Positions 45,163 to 54,665 are shown, counted from the first letter of the stretch. The stretch: 64,000 nucleotides of DNA from Methanomassiliicoccales archaeon (GCA_026394375.1 JAPKYJ010000013.1:2089-66088), one strand, 5' to 3'. A program made the numbers and translations. Notes: generated by a model from the letters alone, not told the origin.

Positions 45163-46086
45163 ATGAGGAACCGAAGAAGCAGTAAGGACCTATCATTAGC
45201 GGTGGCGCTATCGGCCTTGATCGTGATAGGGGGCGCCCTGGGCTTCTCTTTGGTGGGGTCTCCCCAAACGGCCTCGGGAAAGCTCCAGGTCATGACCTCC
45301 TTCTATCCTCTCCATTTCTTCGCCAGCCAGATCGGTGGAGATAAGGCGCAGGTGGGGCAGCTCATCCCCGACAACACCGAGCCACACGCCTGGGACCCTC
45401 GACCATCCGACATCATCCGCACAGACCGTTCCTCTATCTTCATCTACAACGGCGCGGGCTTCGAACCCTGGGCGGAAAGCTTCATCTCCTCCCTCGTCAC
45501 CAGGCACATCATTGTGGACACCAGTGTCGGCCTGGTCTCTCCGTCCGGTCCTTCCCAGACGAGAATGGACCCCCATTTCTGGCTCGATCCTCTGAGCGCC
45601 GAGGTGCAGGTGGACAACATATTGAGAGGGTTCTTGGAGGCCGACCCTGCGAACGCCGCCTATTTCCAAGCGAACGCGGACCTCTTGAAGTCCAGGTTGG
45701 ATCAGCTGAACGTCGCCTTCCTTGACGGTCTGCAGAACCGTACCAAGAACGATATCATCACCACTCATGAGGGCTTCGATTACTTGGCCAACCGCTACGG
45801 CTTCCAGGCGCATGCCGCCGTGGGGATAAGCGGCGATCAGCAACCAAGCCCTGCGGACCTCGCGGCCTTGGCCGACCTGGTGAGGAACCTCAACCTGCAC
45901 TACGTCTTCTCGGAGCCGATATTCTCGGACGCGGTCATGCTCACCATCGCGTCGGAGACGGGAGCGCAGGTGCTGGTGCTCGACGGCGTTCACGGCAGGA
46001 CGGGTGTGCATGCTGGCATGGACTATTTCCAGATTATGTATGAGAACTTGAAGAACCTGAGGACCGGACTGGAGGTCAGCCCTTGA
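45163..46086 (+). CDS. znuA: metal (Zn/Mn) ABC transporter substrate-binding protein
   Basis: ZnuA/TroA-like sequence: signal/anchor LSLAVALSALIVIGG, then SFYPL..FA, EPHAWDP, DPHFWLDP and TTHEGFDYLANRYG. I prefer ATG 45163 over TTG 45148. Confidence 0.85.
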   Translation: MRNRRSSKDLSLAVALSALIVIGGALGFSLVGSPQTASGKLQVMTSFYPLHFFASQIGGDKAQVGQLIPDNTEPHAWDPRPSDIIRTDRSSIFIYNGAGFEPWAESFISSLVTRHIIVDTSVGLVSPSGPSQTRMDPHFWLDPLSAEVQVDNILRGFLEADPANAAYFQANADLLKSRLDQLNVAFLDGLQNRTKNDIITTHEGFDYLANRYGFQAHAAVGISGDQQPSPADLAALADLVRNLNLHYVFSEPIFSDAVMLTIASETGAQVLVLDGVHGRTGVHAGMDYFQIMYENLKNLRTGLEVSP

Positions 46087-46853
46087 GTGAGAAGGTGGTG
46101 GAGATCAAGGACCTACAGGTGCGCTTTGGCGGTCTGACCGTGCTAGAAGGGGTGAGCCTGGATGTGGAGCAGGGGGATGTGGTAGGCATCGTCGGCCCCA
46201 ACGGCGGCGGCAAGACCACGCTCCTGAACGCCCTTCTGGGCAACGTACCGATCACCTCGGGGAGCGTCAGGCTGTTCGGGCAGGACCTGAACGGATTCCG
46301 CGATTTCCAGAAGATCGGGTACGTGGCGCAGAACGCCATCCAGTTCGATCCGATATTCCCTGCGACCGTGAGGGAGATAGTGGCCCTGGGCTGCGTTCGG
46401 AGGTCCAACCTGGGACGACTGCTCAAGGACTCGGATTGGGAGGACGTGCAGAGCGCCATCGATCTCGTTGACCTAACGAAGCTGGCCGAACGCAAGATCA
46501 GCGAACTCTCGGGCGGACAGAAGCAACGCATCTTCATCGCTAGGGCATTGGTGCGCAAGCCCAGGCTCCTTATCCTGGACGAGGCGGCCGCCGGCCTGGA
46601 CATCTGCATCCAAGACCAGTTCGTCAAGATCCTGCGAAACCTCAGAAGCCAGGAGGACATGACCATCCTCACGGTCTCGCATGATCTCTCCGGCGTCATG
46701 TGCCAGGCGAACAAGCTGGCGGTCGTCAACCGCAAGGTCTACGTGACCGACATCAACTCGTCAACCGACCCCACGCCCATTCTCCGAGAGGCCTACGGCC
46801 ACCACTTCACCTTCATCTTCCATCACGACCAAAGCACCTGCGAGGGGGAGTGA
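46083..46853 (+). CDS. znuC: metal ABC transporter ATP-binding protein
   Basis: Walker A GPNGGGKTT, signature LSGGQKQR and Walker B LLILDEAA. Confidence 0.9.
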   Translation: MSEKVVEIKDLQVRFGGLTVLEGVSLDVEQGDVVGIVGPNGGGKTTLLNALLGNVPITSGSVRLFGQDLNGFRDFQKIGYVAQNAIQFDPIFPATVREIVALGCVRRSNLGRLLKDSDWEDVQSAIDLVDLTKLAERKISELSGGQKQRIFIARALVRKPRLLILDEAAAGLDICIQDQFVKILRNLRSQEDMTILTVSHDLSGVMCQANKLAVVNRKVYVTDINSSTDPTPILREAYGHHFTFIFHHDQSTCEGE

Positions 46854-46854
46854 C

Positions 46855-47775
46855 ATGGCCGGTTTGGAGGGCCTGTTCTGGGTGTTCCAGTACGATTTCT
46901 TCCTTCGCGCGTATCTCAGCGGAATCTTCGCCGCCCTGCTGTGCTCCATCCTGGGCGTGTTCATCGTGCTGCGGCGCTCCTCGCTCATCGGAGAGGGTAT
47001 CTCTCACCTTTCCTTCGGAGGCATCGCCCTCGGCCTCTTCCTGGCCATCTACCCTCTCTTCACCGCACTTCTCCTTTCCCTCGCGGGCACGTTCGTCATC
47101 TACTTCCTGAACAAGCGCAAGATCGTCTACTCGGAGACGGCCATCGGCCTAATCTTCTCCTTCGGTCTCGCTCTGGGAGCGGTCTTGGCCAGCCTAGCTG
47201 GCGGTTTCAACGTCGACCTGTTCGCTTACCTTTTCGGTTCCATCCTCACCGTCTCCGTTCAGGACCTGACCTTCATCGCTGCGTTGACCGTAGCGGTGCT
47301 GGTGTTCGTGGTGGTATTCTACAAGGAGCTCATGTTCCTGACCTTCGACGAGCAGGGTGCGAGATTATCTGGCATCCCGGTGTTGAAGTTCGAGCTCGCT
47401 TTCAACATACTGGTGGCCTTGACGGTGGTCGTTTCCATCAAGATCGTCGGTTCATTGCTCGTTTCCGCCCTTCTCATCACTCCCGCGGCCTCGGCCATGC
47501 AGTTCTCCCGCTCCTTCCGGAGCACGTTGCTCTCTGCCATGGTCCTCGGGCTTCTGGCGGTCGTGCTCGGCCTCATCGTCTCCTTCGCGGCTGATGTGGC
47601 AAGCGGGGGGGCGATCGTCCTCATCAGCATGGTCATCTTCGTGGTTTGTGTGGCCCTCAAGAAACTGAAAAGGTCAAGGCCGATTAGCACGGAAGTGCCG
47701 AATTGTGAATTCGCAGATGATGACCTTTTACTGGGCTCTGATGAAACGAAGAGGGAGATGGCATCGAAGAAGTGA
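46855..47775 (+). CDS. znuB: metal ABC transporter permease
   Basis: An ABC-3 type membrane protein with about 8 TM segments. It lies directly after znuC. Confidence 0.85.
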   Translation: MAGLEGLFWVFQYDFFLRAYLSGIFAALLCSILGVFIVLRRSSLIGEGISHLSFGGIALGLFLAIYPLFTALLLSLAGTFVIYFLNKRKIVYSETAIGLIFSFGLALGAVLASLAGGFNVDLFAYLFGSILTVSVQDLTFIAALTVAVLVFVVVFYKELMFLTFDEQGARLSGIPVLKFELAFNILVALTVVVSIKIVGSLLVSALLITPAASAMQFSRSFRSTLLSAMVLGLLAVVLGLIVSFAADVASGGAIVLISMVIFVVCVALKKLKRSRPISTEVPNCEFADDDLLLGSDETKREMASKK

Positions 47776-47991
47776 TGTGCGCCCTCGAGAGAATTTGAGG
47801 GCGGGAAGACCTAGCAACTTAACACCCTACACCCAGAGATGAAAACTCTTGCTTGCATTTTCTGTGCAACGTAGTTGACAGTAAATTGCAACAAAATGTG
47901 AAGAACGAAGCACATTATGAGAGGAAGTATCACATTAACGCCCCTTTATGCATATCAGTGAAACGATGTTGCAAGAGCGCCACAACAAGGG

Positions 47992-47999
47992 TTATATAT
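47992..47999 (+). promoter_or_regulatory. TATA-like box for the MT2-like methyltransferase operon
   Basis: TTATATAT lies about 35 nt upstream of ATG 48031. Confidence 0.35.
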
Positions 48000-48030
48000 C
48001 AACAAGTACACTCCCTGACGGGGATTCTAA

Positions 48031-49149
48031 ATGGGCTACGAAGAGCTGTTTCCAGCAATGGACTTGAAGTGGCATGGAAATGCCACCAAGCGGTTCGCAA
48101 GCCCCTTCGTGGATAACCCGCATGACAGGATCGACGTGGACCCGATCATTTTGTCCCACGCCGCCGTGGCATGTGGATATACCATAAGGGACTTCTACGA
48201 GAAGCCTGAGTTGGGAATACACTGCGTCGGCTATATTTCGCAGTTGTATGACCTACTGCCAGTGACGCACTGGTTCTACTCCATGCCATGGACGCGGGAG
48301 CTAGGGCTGAAACTGCAGTACAAAGAAACGTTGCCACCGATTTCCACGGGGCCGATCCTGAAGGAGCCGGGCGACGTTGACAAGCTCAGGGTGATGGACA
48401 AGGAAGAGCTGAAGAAGAACTTCACTCAGATGGAGTTCTATCGGATCTACGAGTATGTGCAGAAGAACCTGCCCATGACGCTCGTTCCGATCTCCTATGG
48501 TTTCGACCTGGTCGGCGCGGCCGCCGAGCTGGTCGGAGTGGAGAACTTCATCATGTGGACCTTCACGGAGCCAGAGGCGGCCAAGAAGCTGGTCAAGATC
48601 TACACCGACACCTCTGTCAACGGTGCGGCAGGCTTGGCCGATAAGTACGGCATGGCGATGCTCATCGTCGGGTCCGTGCTGGCCAACAACGATATCTTCT
48701 CCGATGAGACGGTTGAGGAGTTCTCCGCCAAGATGATGAGATACTACGTCGACCAGTGCTTCAGAAAGGGCGCTGGGCCGCAGGTCTTCTATCACTTGTG
48801 CGGAAACCACGAGACGGACTACAAGGTGTTCAAGGAAAACCTGATTTGGTCTCCGTTCACCGTGTTCCACGTCGGCTACAAGGGCAAGAACGTCTTCCCG
48901 TCCTCCCTGCTCAAGTCGGAGTTCGGACCGATGGCAACCGTCATGGGCACGGTCGACACCAAGCTCATGATCAACCCCAACCCGATGGCGGTTTACAACC
49001 AGGCCAAGGAGCAGCTCCTGGCCGGCCGCGATTCGCCCAAGGGCTACATCCTGGGTAACGCGTGCGAATGCCCACCGTACACACTGCCAGGCAACATGCT
49101 GGCAATGGTCAAGGCGGCGAGGGACTTCGGTACCTACGGGACGTGGTGA
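48031..49149 (+). CDS. URO-D family, MT2-type (MtaA/MtbA-like) methylcobamide methyltransferase
   Basis: 372 aa. The Zn-ligand pattern of MT2 enzymes is present: YHLCGNH (His-x-Cys) and GNACECPP (Cys). The overall layout parallels MtaA as I recall it, but the N-terminal ~100 aa diverge. Confidence 0.75.
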   Translation: MGYEELFPAMDLKWHGNATKRFASPFVDNPHDRIDVDPIILSHAAVACGYTIRDFYEKPELGIHCVGYISQLYDLLPVTHWFYSMPWTRELGLKLQYKETLPPISTGPILKEPGDVDKLRVMDKEELKKNFTQMEFYRIYEYVQKNLPMTLVPISYGFDLVGAAAELVGVENFIMWTFTEPEAAKKLVKIYTDTSVNGAAGLADKYGMAMLIVGSVLANNDIFSDETVEEFSAKMMRYYVDQCFRKGAGPQVFYHLCGNHETDYKVFKENLIWSPFTVFHVGYKGKNVFPSSLLKSEFGPMATVMGTVDTKLMINPNPMAVYNQAKEQLLAGRDSPKGYILGNACECPPYTLPGNMLAMVKAARDFGTYGTW

Positions 49150-49159
49150 GGTGAGCTAG

Positions 49160-49621
49160 ATGGACGTCAAGACAGATGCAGTCAAGGAAATGCTCGGCAA
49201 GAGGGGCCTCAAGGAGGCGGACGTAGAGGACGTCGTCAAGAGCGCCGAATCCGCAAACAAGAAGGTCATCAACAAAGCCACCAACAGATCACTTGCCAAG
49301 AAGGTGGTCAACAACGTGACCATCTACGCGGACTACGGCATCGAGAAGGGCATCCTCAAGTCCCACGCCAACGTGACGTCGGCTTACTCGCACCGCATGA
49401 AGCTCGGCAAGATCGTCAACTCGGGAGTGAAGACCGAGTGGACCTGCGCGGGCTGCGGGCAGCTCACCGGCTCCGGAACCGTGGAGATGACGTACATGAA
49501 CGTCACCAGGAACGGTCCCGCCATCGTTTGCACGAAGTGCAACGACGCCTGGGTGGAGGAATATCTCGCCACCAAGACGCTGGCCGCTGCCGAAGGGCTC
49601 TTCGAGAAGAAGAAGGCATAA
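49160..49621 (+). CDS. hypothetical protein with a C-terminal CxxC...CxxC zinc-ribbon
   Basis: 153 aa with WTCAGCGQ...N27...CTKCNDAW. It starts 10 nt after the MT2-like gene and is followed by a terminator-like hairpin. Confidence 0.5.
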   Translation: MDVKTDAVKEMLGKRGLKEADVEDVVKSAESANKKVINKATNRSLAKKVVNNVTIYADYGIEKGILKSHANVTSAYSHRMKLGKIVNSGVKTEWTCAGCGQLTGSGTVEMTYMNVTRNGPAIVCTKCNDAWVEEYLATKTLAAAEGLFEKKKA

Positions 49622-49629
49622 ACACTTCC

Positions 49630-49670
49630 AAGGCCGCTCACGCGGCCTTCTATCCTACTTTTCATTTTTT
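49630..49670 (+). terminator. hairpin plus T-tracts after the MT2-like bicistron
   Basis: AAGGCCGC-tcac-GCGGCCTT (a perfect 8-bp stem, 49630-49649), followed by TTTT and TTTTTT up to 49670. Confidence 0.5.
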
Positions 49671-49765
49671 CTTTCTCGAGCGTAGCATTTCCATTCTTCC
49701 GCTTCGCTACGCGAAAGGTTGAATAGAATCGAGGTCGTTCGGAGTGTATTCCCAGGTGGCCTAGC

Positions 49766-51130
49766 ATGAGCGAAAAGATAGGGGAGACCAACAGCCTTTG
49801 TCCACAGTGCCTCAAGACCATACCCGCCGTCAAGATCGCGGAGGACGACAAGATCTACCTGGTCAAGACCTGTCCTGAGCACGGCGAATTCAAGGTGCTC
49901 ATTTGGACGGGCGTCGAGGACTACAAGGACCTGTTGCGCTACAAGGCGGAGTTCTCTCGGCCGGCCAAGTACGCGGTCAAGGAGAGCGGGGAATGTCCCC
50001 AGATCTGCGGCCTTTGCCCGGATCACCGGCAGCACACCTGCATCGTCGTGCTCGAAGTGACGAACTCCTGCAATCTTAAGTGCCCCATCTGCTTCGCCAG
50101 CGCCAACGAGAGATACCGCTTCCACCCCAGCCTGGAAGAAATCAAGAAAATGTACGAGACCATCGTTTCTGATGTGCCTCACCCTATATGCATCCAGATA
50201 TCGGGAGGGGAACCGACCATCCGCGACGACCTGCCGGAGATCGTGCGCATGGGAAAGAAGATGGGGGTCGATTATATCGAGGTCAACACCAACGGCGTGC
50301 GCCTCGGTCAGGACATCGAGTATCTGAGATCCATCAAAGAGGCGGGCGTGGACTCGCTCTACTTCTCCTTCGATGGGCTGCATTCGGACATCTACATGAA
50401 GACCTGTGGCAAGGACCTGCTCGAACCAAAGCTCAGGGCCATCGAGAACTGCGCCAAGGTGGGCATGGGCATCACCCTGGTGACGGTAGTCTCGCCGAAC
50501 ATCAACCAGGACAAGGTGGGGGAGGTGATCCAGTTCGCGAAGAAGTGGATCCCCACCGTCAAAGGCATTCATTTCCAGCCAATGAGCTACTTCGGCCGCT
50601 ATCCCATCGACCCGGACAACAAGGACCGCATCACCATTCCTGACCTCTTGCGGGAGATAGAGAAGCAGACCAAGGGCGAACTGCGAGCGGACAACTTCAT
50701 CCCCACCTCCTGCTCGAACGTGCACTGCGACGCCAAGTCCATGTCCGTGCTGATGGAGGATGGTTCGCTGTTCCCGTTGACGCACAGGGCCATGGGACCG
50801 CCCAAGGACACCAAGGAGATCGCCACCAAGACAAGGAAGGAGGTGTCCGATCTCTGGCGGTTCATCGACGAGCAGATGGGCGAACCGGAAACGGAAGAGA
50901 ACACTTGGGGCAGTTTCATCGAGCGGGCCAAGACCAGCTATCTGACCGTGAGCACTATGGCCTTCCAGGATGCTTGGACCGTGGAAACGGAAAGGCTGTG
51001 CAACTGCTGCATTCACACCGTGACGCCGGATGGCAGACTGATTCCATTCTGCCTCTTCAACATCAACTCCAAGGACGGGCGCACGCTCTACCGGCACGAG
51101 ATCTGGTCCAAGTACGGGAAGAAGGATTGA
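49766..51130 (+). CDS. radical SAM protein, COG1964 / Tes (GDGT-MAS, tetraether lipid synthase)-like
   Basis: An N-terminal rubredoxin-like CPQC...N20...CPEHG, the radical SAM motif NSCNLKCPICF with ISGGEPT, and C-terminal Cys clusters (CSNVHC, CNCCIH, FC). The specific function is inferred only from family resemblance. Confidence 0.7.
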   Translation: MSEKIGETNSLCPQCLKTIPAVKIAEDDKIYLVKTCPEHGEFKVLIWTGVEDYKDLLRYKAEFSRPAKYAVKESGECPQICGLCPDHRQHTCIVVLEVTNSCNLKCPICFASANERYRFHPSLEEIKKMYETIVSDVPHPICIQISGGEPTIRDDLPEIVRMGKKMGVDYIEVNTNGVRLGQDIEYLRSIKEAGVDSLYFSFDGLHSDIYMKTCGKDLLEPKLRAIENCAKVGMGITLVTVVSPNINQDKVGEVIQFAKKWIPTVKGIHFQPMSYFGRYPIDPDNKDRITIPDLLREIEKQTKGELRADNFIPTSCSNVHCDAKSMSVLMEDGSLFPLTHRAMGPPKDTKEIATKTRKEVSDLWRFIDEQMGEPETEENTWGSFIERAKTSYLTVSTMAFQDAWTVETERLCNCCIHTVTPDGRLIPFCLFNINSKDGRTLYRHEIWSKYGKKD

Positions 51131-51145
51131 GGGACAAACAATACA

Positions 51146-51451
51146 TCAGCGCGAGGGCTTCTTGCCCACGCTCTTGTAGTACTTGTCGATGATGCTGTTC
51201 ATGTAGTTGGAGACGTTGCGCTGACCCAGCTCCGTAGGGACGATGGGTCCGTGCAGAGGGAACTCCAGGTCGCAGCGTAGGCAGCGGGCCTTCTCGCAGC
51301 TGAACGCCGCCGCCTTGCAGCCAACGCAAGCGATCGCCCGGGACTGGAACAACGAGAACTCGAGGCCGCAGCGCGGGCATTTGATCTTCTGCGTGGTCTT
51401 CATCAACTTCGGCGTTACGCCCATCTGCCTCATGTGCTCGGTCAGTGGCAT
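51146..51451 (-). CDS. hypothetical Cys-rich (double zinc-knuckle) small protein
   Basis: 101 aa with CPRC...CVGC...C...CLRC. It lies downstream of the DUF169 gene on the same strand. Confidence 0.45.
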   Translation of the reverse strand: MPLTEHMRQMGVTPKLMKTTQKIKCPRCGLEFSLFQSRAIACVGCKAAAFSCEKARCLRCDLEFPLHGPIVPTELGQRNVSNYMNSIIDKYYKSVGKKPSR

Positions 51452-51524
51452 GCTTACCCTTGGCGTTGAACGATTTGCTCGTACTTAAATGCTCTCCGGA
51501 GCTTCCTGGATGGGTAAGAAACGA

Positions 51525-52313
51525 TCACTCTAGCTCCGTTCGGCGGGGCTCCATGTCCGGAGCGAAGATCACCGGCCAACGCAGGAACGGTCTGAAAGGA
51601 TGGGAGGAGAAATCCTCCGTCTCTCGAAGCCCTTCCACGATCTGCTCCAATCGCGATTCGTGGAAGGCCACGAGCATCTCCTGCTCTTGCACCAGACCAA
51701 AGGTGCGGTCGCCCACGCAGGGCAGATCGACGAACAGGTTCTTCTCCTGAAAGGCGTGCGCGATCGAGGAGCAGAGCGAGGATTGACCGGTGATCACACT
51801 GCGCACCTCCTCCCCCGCCCAGAAGGCGTAGGCGACGATCAGCCTGAGCGCCTGTGCCGGCGTCACATACATCACCACCACTTCCGGGTCCACTGGCGTC
51901 AGTTCCAGAGGGGCCATCACCAGGGCATCGAAGCGCTTGCCCTCCGCACCGATGACGCCCATCATGTCCTGGATGTGCTTTCCCGCTTCAGCATCCTTGG
52001 CGTACCGCCATGCCACCTCGCCTTCGCTCAGACGACTGGGTGACTTGATTAGGCCGGTGCAAGCGGAGCCCCAAACGCATTTCACGCCTTCTGCAGAGGC
52101 GCCGACCACCCCCTCCTCCCTATAGTATCGCGCCCAAGCGGCCATTTGGCAGGGGGCGGTGTTCTGCAGCTGCCTCAGTCCCTTGATTCCGCTGAGCTCG
52201 CCCGCGCTCGCCAGCAGCTTGACCGCCACCGGTGAAGTGGGCAGGTTGGTGTACTTCTTCAGCTCCGATGAGGCCTTCTTCCAGTCCCTGCCAGCCATGA
52301 GGCGGTAATTCAC
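51525..52313 (-). CDS. DUF169 (COG2043) family protein
   Basis: LPTSPVAVKLL, NTAPCQMAA, VMYVTPAQALRL and GQSSLCSS resemble DUF169 proteins conserved in archaea and anaerobes. Confidence 0.6.
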   Translation of the reverse strand: MNYRLMAGRDWKKASSELKKYTNLPTSPVAVKLLASAGELSGIKGLRQLQNTAPCQMAAWARYYREEGVVGASAEGVKCVWGSACTGLIKSPSRLSEGEVAWRYAKDAEAGKHIQDMMGVIGAEGKRFDALVMAPLELTPVDPEVVVMYVTPAQALRLIVAYAFWAGEEVRSVITGQSSLCSSIAHAFQEKNLFVDLPCVGDRTFGLVQEQEMLVAFHESRLEQIVEGLRETEDFSSHPFRPFLRWPVIFAPDMEPRRTELE

Positions 52314-52425
52314 GGGCAGGCTATTTACCGTTTCTCGAAGTCACGGGAAGAGGACGTTCGTTGCCGTTCCTAGCGAAGCTTCAGGCAAGAGAAGCCTTAA
52401 GTCGCGCCCTTCCGTTTTCCGAGCA

Positions 52426-53877
52426 GTGAATCCGTTCAAGCGGCTGACCATCGCCCTGGCGCGCACCCGACTATCTTCCACGAAGATAGACAAGGGATCG
52501 CGGCATCCCCTGGAGGATTGGATATTGTCCCGGGTGGCGGCCGAGGCGCGAGCGTCCAAGGGCCTCCGGCAGGTCATCGGTACTCCCAGACCAGAGGAGG
52601 TCGACCGCCAGATGCTCCGCGAGTACCAGCTGCACATGTTCCGCAAGCAGATGCGCTACACCGGAGAGAACAGCCCTTTCTACCAGCGTCGGTGGAAGGA
52701 GACAGGATTGAGGCCAGAGGACATCCGCAGCTACGACGACCTATGCAAGGTTCCGGTGACCGAACCGAAGGACCTAGCCGAATCCCCGTTCGAGTTCCTG
52801 TGCGTTTCGCAGACCAAGGTCATGCGGGCCTTCACGACCTCGGGAACGAGCGGAATGCGCAAGCGAATGTTCTACACCCGCAATGACATCTTGAACACCA
52901 TCGACCCCATCGCGGCGGCGCTGAAGAACGTGGGCATGCGCCAGAACGACACCCTCCAGATCATGTTCCCTACGGTGGCGGCCTGGGATCCGGGGCTGAT
53001 GCTCGAAGGGGCGTGCAAGGTAGCCGGCCTGAAGGCGGTCAACTGCAGCAGCATCAACGTGGAAGAGCAGCTGCGATTGATGAGGGAGAATCGCACCACC
53101 ATGATGATCGGCCTCACGTCCTTCATCCACCGCCTGACGCTACTCGCTCGGGAGAAGCACGATCTGCGCTCCTTTGGCATCAAGGCGCTCATATTATCTG
53201 CGGAACCGTTGCCGCAGGTCATGCGCCGCGAGCTGGAAGAGGCTTGGGGCTGCAAGGCCCTTAGCCAGTACGGCATGACGGAGATGGGGCTGGCGACCAC
53301 CATCGAATGCCAGGCCCAGGACGGGCTGCACATCAACGAGGCAGGCTTCCTGGCCGAGGTCATCGACCCGGCCACCGGAGAGCACGTCGGCAACCGCAAG
53401 GAAGGTGAACTGGTGTGGACCAGCCTGATGTTCGAAGGCTCGCCCTTGTTGCGCTATCGCGCCAACGACATCACCTCACCCATCGAACCGCCCTGCGGAT
53501 GCGGCTTCCAGGCGGTGGGCAAGATCGGGGCCATCCGCGGCCGGACGGACATGCAGACCAAGGTGGGTTTCGGGGAGAAGGTCTTCCCTCTGCTTTTCGA
53601 CGAGGCTGTTCTGGGAGTAAGGGGAGTGCTCGGCTACCACCTGATCATCGAGAAGGAGGGGTACAAGGACCGGCTGCGCTTCCAGGTCGAGTACATAGGT
53701 GACGCGAACGAGGGCAGGCGTTCGATCGAGGATGCGCTCCATTCCCTGGACGAGATCAAGTCCGGGTTCGAGAACGACCTACTCGCTCCCGTCGAAGTGG
53801 AGATCCAGCCCCCCGATCAGGAAGGATGGGTGCCCAAGACCCGGACCATCGTCGACAACCGAAAGCAGTACGGATAG
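52426..53877 (+). CDS. phenylacetate-CoA ligase / coenzyme F390 synthetase-like adenylate-forming enzyme
   Basis: SPFYQRRWKETGLRPEDIRSYDDLCKVPVTEPKDL, the AMP-binding motif FTTSGTSGMRKRMFYT and YGMTEMG. The GTG start is uncertain. Confidence 0.8.
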   Translation: MNPFKRLTIALARTRLSSTKIDKGSRHPLEDWILSRVAAEARASKGLRQVIGTPRPEEVDRQMLREYQLHMFRKQMRYTGENSPFYQRRWKETGLRPEDIRSYDDLCKVPVTEPKDLAESPFEFLCVSQTKVMRAFTTSGTSGMRKRMFYTRNDILNTIDPIAAALKNVGMRQNDTLQIMFPTVAAWDPGLMLEGACKVAGLKAVNCSSINVEEQLRLMRENRTTMMIGLTSFIHRLTLLAREKHDLRSFGIKALILSAEPLPQVMRRELEEAWGCKALSQYGMTEMGLATTIECQAQDGLHINEAGFLAEVIDPATGEHVGNRKEGELVWTSLMFEGSPLLRYRANDITSPIEPPCGCGFQAVGKIGAIRGRTDMQTKVGFGEKVFPLLFDEAVLGVRGVLGYHLIIEKEGYKDRLRFQVEYIGDANEGRRSIEDALHSLDEIKSGFENDLLAPVEVEIQPPDQEGWVPKTRTIVDNRKQYG

Positions 53878-54074
53878 GGAGAGCACGAGGCCGCTTGTTG
53901 AGCCAAAAAGCCTCAATGGCGACGAGACCGCGCCCCGGTCCACGCCAGATGAGTCCAGAGATCATTGATTGATCAGAACAATGGTTTGGTTCTTGCTGCG
54001 ATCGGACGATGATAGCGGGTCGATCGGCATCCCTGCGAAAGCCTCTTTTAGCTGTTGGAGGGTGATGGAGACCG

Positions 54075-54665
54075 ATGAAGGTCGGGGTGATATCGGTCCA
54101 GGGGGCATTCCCCGAGCACCTGGCCGCGACGAAGCAGGCCATGCTTTCTCTGGGTCTGAGGGGAAGGGCCGTGGCGGTGAGGCGCAAGAACGACCTGGAC
54201 GGTTCAGATGCCATCATCATCCCCGGTGGCGAGAGCACGGCCATCTCCCGGCTGCTGGTGCGGTTCGGACTGCATGAACGAATCGTGGACATGGCCAAGG
54301 CCGGAACGCCCATCATGGGAACGTGCGCCGGCCTGGTGCTCCTGGCCAAGGAAGGCGATGAAGAAGTGGAGAGGACCGGCACCGCCCTCCTGGGCCTGAT
54401 GGACATGGCCGTGGACCGGAACGCCTTCGGCCGGCAACGCGAATCGTTCGAGGCACCGTTGGACATCAAAGGTCTCGATTCACCTTTTCCAGGAGTGTTC
54501 ATTCGTGCCCCCATGATACGGAAGGTCTGGGGCGAATGCGAGGAGATGTGCCGCTACAATGGAGGGGTGGTCATGGCCAGGCAGGGGAAGATCATCGCCT
54601 TGTCCTTCCATCCCGAGCTCTCGCATGACCTGCGCATGCACCAGATGTTGCTGGAGATGGCGTGA
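54075..54665 (+). CDS. pdxT: pyridoxal 5'-phosphate synthase glutaminase subunit
   Basis: Contains MKVGVISVQGAF.EH, IIPGGESTA, GTCAGLVLL and FHPEL. Confidence 0.9.
   Translation: MKVGVISVQGAFPEHLAATKQAMLSLGLRGRAVAVRRKNDLDGSDAIIIPGGESTAISRLLVRFGLHERIVDMAKAGTPIMGTCAGLVLLAKEGDEEVERTGTALLGLMDMAVDRNAFGRQRESFEAPLDIKGLDSPFPGVFIRAPMIRKVWGECEEMCRYNGGVVMARQGKIIALSFHPELSHDLRMHQMLLEMA

Noticed and set aside
47780-47803. Hairpin CGCCCTC-N10-GAGGGCG after znuB as a terminator
   Set aside because: It has a short stem and a large loop, with only a weak T tract (AATTT inside the loop). That is not convincing enough to list as a feature.
49655-51097. 480-aa minus-strand ORF
   Set aside because: It is fully antisense to the radical SAM gene, which has CxxxCxxC and GGEPT motifs. 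It is Arg/Gly/His/Leu-rich with no motif, which is typical of a shadow ORF in GC-rich DNA.
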